Source: Bilabrum cf. latius (lineage: Eukaryota). Taken from it: DNA of 64,000 bases. Below, in pieces: positions 11,438-21,647 of the stretch. The position numbers were made by a program, and so were the translations under genes. The stretch is from NCBI GenBank assembly GCA_965178125.1, contig OZ237774.1, forward strand, positions 1-64,000, read 5' to 3'. Below the pieces are notes generated by a model. The model saw nothing but the letters and a program-made list of their open reading frames with translations, did not search any database and had not been told where the DNA came from. Position 1 is the first letter of the stretch. Every line of letters starts with the position of its first letter.

Positions 11438-12526
11438 AAAGCAGCCAGGCGAAGTGAGAGCCAGCCAGAAGAATGGCACATGAGATCAGTGGCTGCTGGG
11501 CCAGCTTGTGAGAGGGGTTTGCCAATGTGTCGGCCAGTGACCCGTTAGGACGCAGTATGAGGGTTTCGGTTAGCCCAACCCTTCGTCTTGACTGTAAGCC
11601 AATCAGTACCTCATATCAAAACAATCCATAAATCAAATGCAATGCCATCTCCACCAATACTTTCAATACACAAACAACGCAATTCATGTAGACATCAACT
11701 TCACCATTGGCCCATATTGGCGCCGCGCGGCAGAAACGGAACCTGGGGAACATTTGGCCAATGTTGTGCACCTAGGCCGTCCCAATGCAGTTTCAACGGT
11801 CTTCATATCTCCTGTGGTTGCCGAGATCCTATGTTGCATATTTTCAGCATGCAAATCTTCATTGGCCCATATTGGCGCCGCGCGGCAGAAACGGAACCTG
11901 GGGAACATTTGGCCAATGTTGTGCACCTAGGCCGTCCTAATGCCGTTTCAACGGTCTTCATATCTCCTGTGGTTGCCGAGATCCTATGTTGCATATTTTC
12001 AGCATGCAAATCTTCATTGGCCCATATTGGCGCCGCGCGGCAGAAACGGAACCTGGGGAACATTTGGCCAATGTTGTGCACCTCGGCCGTCCCAATGCAG
12101 TTTCAACGGTCTTCATATCTCCTGTGGTTACCGAGATCCTATGTTGCATATTTTCAGCATGCAAATCTTCATTGGCCCATATTGGCGCCGCGCGGCAGAA
12201 ACGGAACCTGGGGAACATTTGGCCAATGTTGTGCACCTAGGCCGTCCCAATGCAGTTTCAACGGTCTTCATATCTCCTGTGGTTGCCGAGATCCTATGTT
12301 GCATATTTTCAGCATGCAAATCTTCATTGGCCCATATTGGCGCCGCGCGGCAGAAACGGAACCTGGGGAACATTTGGCCAATGTTGTGCACCTAGGCCGT
12401 CCCAATGCAGTTTCAACGGTCTTCATATCTCCTGTGGTTACCGAGATCCTATGTTGCATATTTTTGACAAAAAGTGAAGATGAAAATATTTTTTCCCCGA
12501 CCCTGTCCCTGACTTTATATTAGATA
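11129..12526 (+). mobile_element. Telomere-embedded unit C, copy 1: 5'-truncated CDS end, spacer, ~5 x 155-bp repeats, conserved terminus
   Basis: Near-identical copies at +1662 and +3324 bp; same GATA|CCCTAA end as units A and B. Confidence 0.65.
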
Positions 12527-12714
12527 CCCTAACCCTAACCCTAACCCTAACCCTAACCCTAACCCTAACCCTAACCCTAACCCTAACCCTAACCCTAACC
12601 CTAACCCTAACCCTAACCCTAACCCTAACCCTAACCCTAACCCTAACCCTAACCCTAACCCTAACCCTAACCCTAACCCTAACCCTAACCCTAACCCTAA
12701 CCCTAACCCTAACC

Positions 12715-12745
<31 letters not shown>

Positions 12746-12790
12746 TAACCCTAACCTAAACCCCCTACCCCCCCCTAACCCCTACCCTAA
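12527..12790. repeat. Internal telomeric tract
   Basis: CCCTAA repeats with the same degenerate inner end as 10901-11128. Confidence 0.95.
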
Positions 12791-14188
12791 CAGCAAGACG
12801 ACTCTGAGAACGACGGTGGAGTGGAGGACAATGGCTTCACCGACTAGCAGCGGCACCTGGTGGACCGCATCCTCGCTGCCTGCGATGACACCGCGCTGGG
12901 CGTCAGCCGGACTCTCGACGACATGGTCGAGGACGTGCAGGAAACAATTCAAGAGAGGGACCAGGGATTGGGCATGCTCGCAGACCTGATGACGGCCCTC
13001 GAGAAGACGGCGGAAGGAGATCTCAATGCGGCAGACGTGGACGCTGTGGAGGCGCTCCTGGCAGCTGTCGGTGCGGAACCCTCCTCCGATGACGAGTGAA
13101 AAGCAGCCAGGCGAAGTGAGAGCCAGCCAGAAGAATGGCACATGAGATCAGTGGCTGCTGGGCCAGCTTGTGAGAGGGGTTTGCCAATGTGTCGGCCAGT
13201 GACCCGTTAGGACGCAGTATGAGGGTTTCGGTTAGCCCAACCCTTCGTCTTGACTGTAAGCCAATCAGTACCTCATATCAAAACAATCCATAAATCAAAT
13301 GCAATGCCATCTCCACCAATACTTTCAATACACAAACAACGCAATTCATGTAGACATCAACTTCACCATTGGCCCATATTGGCGCCGCGCGGCAGAAACG
13401 GAACCTGGGGAACATTTGGCCAATGTTGTGCACCTAGGCCGTCCCAATGCAGTTTCAACGGTCTTCATATCTCCTGTGGTTGCCGAGATCCTATGTTGCA
13501 TATTTTCAGCATGCAAATCTTCATTGGCCCATATTGGCGCCGCGCGGCAGAAACGGAACCTGGGGAACATTTGGCCAATGTTGTGCACCTAGGCCGTCCT
13601 AATGCCGTTTCAACGGTCTTCATATCTCCTGTGGTTGCCGAGATCCTATGTTGCATATTTTCAGCATGCAAATCTTCATTGGCCCATATTGGCGCCGCGC
13701 GGCAGAAACGGAACCTGGGGAACATTTGGCCAATGTTGTGCACCTAGGCCGTCCCAATGCAGTTTCAACGGTCTTCATATCTCCTGTGGTTACCGAGATC
13801 CTATGTTGCATATTTTCAGCATGCAAATCTTCATTGGCCCATATTGGCGCCGCGCGGCAGAAACGGAACCTGGGGAACATTTGGCCAATGTTGTGCACCT
13901 AGGCCGTCCCAATGCAGTTTCAACGGTCTTCATATCTCCTGTGGTTGCCGAGATCCTATGTTGCATATTTTCAGCATGCAAATCTTCATTGGCCCATATT
14001 GGCGCCGCGCGGCAGAAACGGAACCTGGGGAACATTTGGCCAATGTTGTGCACCTAGGCCGTCCCAATGCAGTTTCAACGGTCTTCATATCTCCTGTGGT
14101 TACCGAGATCCTATGTTGCATATTTTTGACAAAAAGTGAAGATGAAAATATTTTTTCCCCGACCCTGTCCCTGACTTTATATTAGATA
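12791..14188 (+). mobile_element. Telomere-embedded unit C, copy 2
   Basis: Duplicate of 11129-12526 at an offset of 1662. Confidence 0.65.
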
Positions 14189-14376
14189 CCCTAACCCTAA
14201 CCCTAACCCTAACCCTAACCCTAACCCTAACCCTAACCCTAACCCTAACCCTAACCCTAACCCTAACCCTAACCCTAACCCTAACCCTAACCCTAACCCT
14301 AACCCTAACCCTAACCCTAACCCTAACCCTAACCCTAACCCTAACCCTAACCCTAACCCTAACCCTAACCCTAACC

Positions 14377-14407
<31 letters not shown>

Positions 14408-14452
14408 TAACCCTAACCTAAACCCCCTACCCCCCCCTAACCCCTACCCTAA
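14189..14452. repeat. Internal telomeric tract
   Basis: Same length and variants as 12527-12790. Confidence 0.95.
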
Positions 14453-15850
14453 CAGCAAGACGACTCTGAGAACGACGGTGGAGTGGAGGACAATGGCTTC
14501 ACCGACTAGCAGCGGCACCTGGTGGACCGCATCCTCGCTGCCTGCGATGACACCGCGCTGGGCGTCAGCCGGACTCTCGACGACATGGTCGAGGACGTGC
14601 AGGAAACAATTCAAGAGAGGGACCAGGGATTGGGCATGCTCGCAGACCTGATGACGGCCCTCGAGAAGACGGCGGAAGGAGATCTCAATGCGGCAGACGT
14701 GGACGCTGTGGAGGCGCTCCTGGCAGCTGTCGGTGCGGAACCCTCCTCCGATGACGAGTGAAAAGCAGCCAGGCGAAGTGAGAGCCAGCCAGAAGAATGG
14801 CACATGAGATCAGTGGCTGCTGGGCCAGCTTGTGAGAGGGGTTTGCCAATGTGTCGGCCAGTGACCCGTTAGGACGCAGTATGAGGGTTTCGGTTAGCCC
14901 AACCCTTCGTCTTGACTGTAAGCCAATCAGTACCTCATATCAAAACAATCCATAAATCAAATGCAATGCCATCTCCACCAATACTTTCAATACACAAACA
15001 ACGCAATTCATGTAGACATCAACTTCACCATTGGCCCATATTGGCGCCGCGCGGCAGAAACGGAACCTGGGGAACATTTGGCCAATGTTGTGCACCTAGG
15101 CCGTCCCAATGCAGTTTCAACGGTCTTCATATCTCCTGTGGTTGCCGAGATCCTATGTTGCATATTTTCAGCATGCAAATCTTCATTGGCCCATATTGGC
15201 GCCGCGCGGCAGAAACGGAACCTGGGGAACATTTGGCCAATGTTGTGCACCTAGGCCGTCCTAATGCCGTTTCAACGGTCTTCATATCTCCTGTGGTTGC
15301 CGAGATCCTATGTTGCATATTTTCAGCATGCAAATCTTCATTGGCCCATATTGGCGCCGCGCGGCAGAAACGGAACCTGGGGAACATTTGGCCAATGTTG
15401 TGCACCTAGGCCGTCCCAATGCAGTTTCAACGGTCTTCATATCTCCTGTGGTTACCGAGATCCTATGTTGCATATTTTCAGCATGCAAATCTTCATTGGC
15501 CCATATTGGCGCCGCGCGGCAGAAACGGAACCTGGGGAACATTTGGCCAATGTTGTGCACCTAGGCCGTCCCAATGCAGTTTCAACGGTCTTCATATCTC
15601 CTGTGGTTGCCGAGATCCTATGTTGCATATTTTCAGCATGCAAATCTTCATTGGCCCATATTGGCGCCGCGCGGCAGAAACGGAACCTGGGGAACATTTG
15701 GCCAATGTTGTGCACCTAGGCCGTCCCAATGCAGTTTCAACGGTCTTCATATCTCCTGTGGTTACCGAGATCCTATGTTGCATATTTTTGACAAAAAGTG
15801 AAGATGAAAATATTTTTTCCCCGACCCTGTCCCTGACTTTATATTAGATA
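14453..15850 (+). mobile_element. Telomere-embedded unit C, copy 3
   Basis: Duplicate of 11129-12526 at an offset of 3324. Confidence 0.65.
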
Positions 15851-16237
15851 CCCTAACCCTAACCCTAACCCTAACCCTAACCCTAACCCTAACCCTAACC
15901 CTAACCCTAACCCTAACCCTAACCCTAACCCTAACCCTAACCCTAACCCTAACCCTAACCCTAACCCTAACCCTAACCCTAACCCTAACCCTAACCCTAA
16001 CCCTAACCCTAACCCTAACCCTAACCCTAACCCTAACCCTAACCCTAACCCTAACCCTAACCCTAACCCTAACCCTAACCCTAACCCTAACCCTAACCCT
16101 AACCCTAACCCTAACCCTAACCCTAACCCTAACCCTAACCCTAACCCTAACCCTAACCCTAACCCTAACCCTAACCCTAACCCTAACCCTAACCCTAACC
16201 CTAACCCTAACCCTAACCCTTACCTAAAAAAACCCTA
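15851..16237. repeat. Internal telomeric tract
   Basis: About 60 CCCTAA units, then degenerate CCCCTTACCTAAAAAAACCCTA. Confidence 0.95.
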
Positions 16238-17575
16238 GCACATGCTTTGAATGGCCAACTCTTTGCCGGAACACATGCAATCGCTGCGTTTCAAGTGTCT
16301 AATCGTATGTACACATCGCGGGGCACACAATGGTGTCTATACATATCGACTCCGGATCCACCCCATGGCGGCACACGGCCCTGACGGATTTCACTGACCC
16401 TGCGGAACCGCGGCGCCGCGGTACCTGACACCACCTGATGTGTGTTCCCCGGGTGGCATGGACCCCGATACATCTGCTGCATCGAGAACCAAACATCAAA
16501 CGCTCATCTGTAGACCTGGACACGCCCGAACGCATAGGTCGGATCTCCGACTGATTTTGGAGATCCGACCTGCGCAAAATGGTCGGATGTCCTCCATATC
16601 TCGGCCGGAACACCTGCAATCGCTGCGTTTCAAGTGTCTAATCGTATGTACACATCGCGGGGCACACAATGGTGTCTATGCATATCGACTCCGGATCCAC
16701 CCCATGGCGGCACACGGCCCTGACGGATTTCACTGACCCTGCGGAACCGCGGCGCCGCGGTACCTGACACCACCTGATGTGTGTTCCCCGGGTGGCATGG
16801 ACCCCGATACATCTGCTGCATCGAAAACCAAACATCAAACGCTCATCTGTAGACCTGGACACGCCCGAACGCATAGGTCGGATCTCCGACTGATTTTGGA
16901 GATCCGACCTGCGCAAAATGGTCGGATGTCCTCCATATCTCGGCCGGAACACATGCAATCGCTGCGTTTCAAGTGTCTAATCGTATGTACACATCGCGGG
17001 GCACACAATGGTGTCTATACATATCGACTCCGGATCCACCCCATGGCGGCACACGGCCCTGACGGATTTCACTGACCCTGCGGAACCGCGGCGCCGCGGT
17101 ACCTGACACCACCTGGTGTGTGTTCCCCGGGTGGCATGGACCCCGATACATCTTCTGCATCGAGAACCAAACATCAAACGCTCATCTGTAGACCTGGACA
17201 CGCCCGAACGCATAGGTCGGATCTCCGACTGATTTTGGAGATCCGACCTGCGCAAAATGGTCGGATGTCCTCCATATCTCGGCCGGAACACATGCAATCG
17301 CTGCGTTTCAAGTGTCTAATCGTATGTACACATCGCGGGGCACACAATGGTGTCTATACATATCGACTCCGGATCCACCCCATGGCGGGACACGGCCCTG
17401 ACGGATTTCACTGACCCTGCGGAACCGCGGCGCCGCGGAGAGTTATGACCCGATTCGGAGTTGTAACCTAGGTTTCAAAGCATGCCCAATCAGAATATAT
17501 TGATCTTGTTCCCTGAGCCGCGCTTGCGTAAAAGCCGAAAATGGCCAACCCTAAGTATAAGTTGACCCCCTGATA
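16238..17575 (+). mobile_element. Telomere-embedded unit D: ~3.5 copies of a 339-bp repeat plus a unique terminus ending TGATA|CCCTAA
   Basis: GCCGGAACAC at 16265, 16604, 16943, 17282; contains the palindrome CCGCGGCGCCGCGG; same GATA junction as A-C. Confidence 0.55.
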
Positions 17576-17685
17576 CCCTAACCCTAACCCTAACCCTAAC
17601 CCTAACCCTAACCCTAACCCTAACCCTAACCCTAACCCTAACCCTAACCCTAACCCTAACCCTAACCCTAACCCTAACCCCCCTA
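17576..17685. repeat. Innermost telomeric tract
   Basis: About 17 CCCTAA units with a degenerate inner end. Confidence 0.95.
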
Positions 17686-17687
17686 TA

Positions 17688-17921
17688 GGCAAGCATTGGT
17701 ATGATGCTGTGCGGGTGGCTTGATGGGCGAGCGGCGGATGGTGGCAAGCAGTGGTACGATGCTGCGCGGGTGGCTTGATGGGCGAGCGGCGGATGGTGGC
17801 AAGCAGTGGTATGATGCTGCGCGGGTGGCTTGTTGGGCGAGCGGTGGATGGTGGCAAGCAGTGGTATGATGCTGCGCGGGTGGCTCGATGGGCGAGCGGC
17901 GGATGGTGGCAAGCCGTGGTA
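17688..17921. repeat. 55-bp tandem minisatellite (~4.2 copies)
   Basis: GGCAAGC at 17688, 17743, 17798, 17853, 17908. Confidence 0.9.
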
Positions 17922-18002
17922 ACCAAAATTTCGATCCCATCATCACCACGCATACGTCCAATGCACACATTGAGCGCCCTCCTGTCTCTTGTCTGCATGC
18001 AG

Positions 18003-18638
18003 GGGACCAAGGCGCAGGCAGCCGCCAGGGCTGCCCGCTCCCTCGGCCAGGGGGTCATCCAGGACCTGCTGCAGGCCGTGCGGCCCCCAAGCAAGGAGGG
18101 TGGGCCGGCTGTGCGCGCGTACATGCAGAGCCTGATCGTGGCCAACGAGGAGATGAGCAAGGAGGCCGATGAGCGCAACACGGCCATGGCTCGAGAGGCG
18201 GCCATGGGCATGGGCGCGGCTGGTTCAAGCATGGGCCAACAGGAAGCCCTAGCTTCTTTGAGGAATTTCCGGTCTTCGCAAAAAATGCCAGTGTGGTCTT
18301 CAGGCAAAGTACAAGGGGCGCAGCGCAAGACCTTTGGCGCCCTCAGGTCGTCGGGGCTGGCTGCCAGTGGCAGTGGGGGCTCTCGCCGCAAGTCTGTCGC
18401 AAAACTGGCAGAGGTGAAGACTATGGGCAAGAGCGCTAGTCGGAGCAAGCTCGAGCTCGCCCCGCTGAGTGTCAGTGCCTCTGCTGCTGCACCAGCCCCG
18501 GTGGAGGACAACTCGGGCTCTGATAGCAGGCGCGGCTCAGTCGCAGGGTGGAACCACCACTGGCAGTCTGGATTCGACGGTTCGGACCAACTGCAGTGTA
18601 CCCCTCTGCACGACCTGCGCGGCTCTTTAGTGCTATGA
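18003..18638 (+). pseudogene. Probable terminal exon of a 5'-truncated subtelomeric gene, unknown product
   Basis: Polypyrimidine tract and CAG acceptor at 18000-18002, followed by a GC3-rich open frame to TGA; no upstream exon before the telomere. Confidence 0.35.
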
Positions 18639-18789
18639 TTTGCTTAGCTACTGTTTAATTTTCCCCACTTGGATTAAGTGCGGCCTACGAGACCTGCCCC
18701 GCGGTCTTCAGTCAGCCTGCCTGGAGAGGTTTGTAATAATGAAGATGAAGCTCAAAAGTCCCGGCCACGCAGACACAAAACAAGAAACG

Positions 18790-21565
18790 ATGCTACGGTT
18801 CGCCCAGCGTACTCGTGCTCGGAACTCTGTCTTGCGTGCCACAAGAAGATATGTATCGTATGGAACAGCCCAACACGCTGTAGCTCGCGCTTTCGGTATT
18901 CTCGAATCTGGAGTGTCGACTGGAACGCATTCGGCTGTCAGGTTCCAAGCCACTCGACGTGGCCTGGCCTCGGCTGCAGGGACTTCCAAGCATGAAGACC
19001 CAGTGCAAGTGAAGATTGGCTCAGATAAGATCGCCACAGTTACAATCGATGACCCTACATCAAAGGTATGGCACTATATCGGGCAGTTGTATTGCATCGG
19101 ACGGCTCCGGAGAATCGAATGACCGGCGCGATCATGTCCAGCATAGGTTGCATTTGCAGCTATTTCACACAATCTTGCTTGGTGACCCCGTTATAAGTAT
19201 GTTTGTCCATTCTTTCCATGGGAAATTTTACCCGAATTGCCACCGCAGGTGAACACCCTGAGCACGCGGCTGAACGAATCCTTCGAGAGCGCCCTCAAGA
19301 CCTTGGAGCAGGGAGCCAGAGACGGTTCTATCCGTGCAGTCATTCTTGCATCTGGCAAAGGGACGCCCGAGTCGAAGTCGCCTTGCTTTGTGGCAGGCGC
19401 AGACATCGGAATGCTGGCGGCGTGCAAGACGGCCGAAGAGCTGGCGGGGCTCTCCCGCCAGGGACAGGTCATGATGGATCGACTCGAGGCTATTCATGCC
19501 TCGCACGGAGTTCCCGTCGTGGCTGCGATTTCCGGAGATTGCCTGGGGGGCGGCCTGGAGCTGGCACTGGCGTGTTCCTACCGCGTTGCCTCATCGCACC
19601 CTAAGACCAAGCTGGGATTGCCCGAGGTGCAGCTGGGGCTGCTGCCAGGGGCCGGGGGCACCCAGCGGCTGTGGCCCCTCGTGGGCATCCAGCAGGCCAT
19701 CAAGATGACCACCACCGGGTAGCGGCTGTCGGCGGACCGCGCCCGCAAGGCCGGCCTCGTGGACGCAGTGGCCGACCCTTTCGCGATGGAGCACGCGGCC
19801 CGTGTGGCTGCCGAGGGTCTGGCAAATGGGAGCCTCAAGCCGAAGCGCAAGCAGCAGAAGTTCCCCATGTCTCTGCTGGAGAACAACCCGGTGGGCAGGC
19901 AGGCCCTCTGGCACTTCGCCCAGCAGGGTGTGGACAAGCAGGCCCCCAAGCACGCCTACCCCGCGGTGCACTCGATCCTCAACACGATCAAGGAGGGCGT
20001 GGAGGCTGGCAAGGGCAAGGGCCTGCAGAAGGAGGCGGACGAGTTCGGGAAACTGGGCATGACCAGCCAGTCTAGGTCTCTCAGGGGCCTCTTCTTCGCC
20101 CAGCAGGGCACCAAGACCCACGACCAGTACCCCAAGCCCAAGGGGGATGACGCCAAGCCCAAGAGGGTGGCGGTCCTGGGGGCGGGGCTCATGGGAGCGG
20201 GGGTGGCAGAGGTGACGGCCCTTCGTGCCGGCACCCAGGTGGTGCTCAAGGACATGACGGCCGAGGGGCTGGCCCGGGGGCAGGGGCAGGTGGCGGCCTC
20301 TATGGGGGGGCAGGTCAAGCGCAGGAGGATGCGTCAGTTCGAGGCGGACAAGGTCTGCGCCCGCGTGCTTGGGGTGTCTATGGACGAGCCCGGAGGGGAG
20401 GAGACGTGGAAGAAGCTGGCCCGGGGCACCGACGCAGTGGTGGAGGCGGTGTTCGAGGACCTAGGGCTGAAGCAGAGGATCTTCGGAGAACTGGAGGAGC
20501 AGATGCCTAAGCACGCCATTCTCGCGACCAACACGAGTGCCCTCCCGATCGCAGACGTGGCCCAGGGGTGCAAGACACCCGAGGGCAGGGCCCGTGTGGT
20601 GGGCATGCACTATTTCTCCCCCGTCCCCAAGATGCCTCTGGTGAGTTAGACCATCTCGAGCTGTGCTGCCCGCCCACCTACGGCCACTGCCTGCACCTGA
20701 TACCACGTGTTGCCATGCATCCTTCCTTTCCCCTCGATCCCCTCGATCTCCTCGATCTCCCCTCGCTCGCTCGCAGCTGGAGATCATCCCGCACAAGGAC
20801 ACCGACCCGGCCATCGTGGGGCGGGCGCTGGCCCTGGGACAGGCACAGGGCAAGACGTGCATCGTTGTAGGCGACGTGCCCGGGTTCTTCGTGAACAGGT
20901 GCCTTGGCCCGTACATGGACGAGACCTCGGTGCTGATGGGCACCGAGGGAGTGGAGCTCAAGGCCTTGGACAGAGCCATGGGCCCCAGGGGATTCGGGTT
21001 CCCCGTGGGCCCCGTGACTCTGGCCGACGAGGTTGGTCTGGATGTTGCTCTCAAGGTGCAGCAGTTCCTGGGGGGCGCACTGGGAGACCGCATGGGTGCC
21101 GGTGACCCGGCTGCGCTCGCGGCTCTGGTGGAGAAGGGTGCTCTCGGTCGCAAGGCCAAGCGGGGCCTCTTCCAGTACGACGGCAAGGGCAAGAAGTCGG
21201 GGGTCAGCTCCGAGGCGCAGGAGGCCATCAAGGCGGCGAGGGCGGCCAAGTCCACTACTGTCGACAAGGACTGGATCTCGGAGGAGGCCATGGCAGAGCG
21301 CATTGCACTGCGGTTCACGAAGGAGGCGCTGCTCTGCCTGCAGGACGGGGTGGTGAGGTCTGCGGCCGACGGGGACATCGGGGCGGTGTTCGGGGTGGGC
21401 TTCGCGCCCTTCAAGGGGGGTCCCTTCCAGTGGGTGGATGAGCAGGGGGCGCAGAAGGTGGCAGATGATATGCAGAGGTGGGCGGACAGGCTGGGCCCCC
21501 AGTTCGCGCCCCCTCAGATCTTGCTGGATCACGCCAAGGACGGCAACAAGAAGTTCCGGCAGTGA
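18790..21565 (+). CDS. HADHA: Mitochondrial trifunctional enzyme alpha subunit (enoyl-CoA hydratase / 3-hydroxyacyl-CoA dehydrogenase); introns 19066-19248 and 20641-20776; in-frame TAG at 19720
   Basis: Arg-rich presequence; DDPTSK|VNTLS, CLGGGLELALAC, LGLPEVQLGLLPGAGGTQRL, TTG*RLSADRARKAGLVD, VLGAGLMGAG, HYFSPVPKMPL|LEII, PGFFVNR; GT-AG introns in phase; TGA stop. Confidence 0.93.
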
Positions 21566-21647
21566 GCCACGAGCAGCTGTGGCGGTTGATGTAGCTCCTT
21601 GAACATGATTGCAGAACAGAACAGGTTTGAATTGAGCAGTGCAGGTT

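Noticed and set aside
11555-11617. Hammerhead ribozyme in unit C (expected for Penelope-like elements); TATGAGG...CCTCATA closes a possible three-way junction
   Set aside because: The minus-strand core reads CTGATTG and GAAG instead of CUGANGA and GAAA, and the CTGATGA at ~11324 has no matching GAAA. An Infernal search would be needed to settle it.
11588-17414. Many Cys/His-rich ORFs in the 155-bp and 339-bp arrays
   Set aside because: Repeat-derived, overlapping in all frames, with no recognisable domains or coding-like codon bias.
9058-17440. CRISPR array in the regularly spaced repeats
   Set aside because: Units are full tandem repeats (155 and 339 bp) with no unique spacers, there are no cas genes, and the context is a eukaryotic subtelomere.
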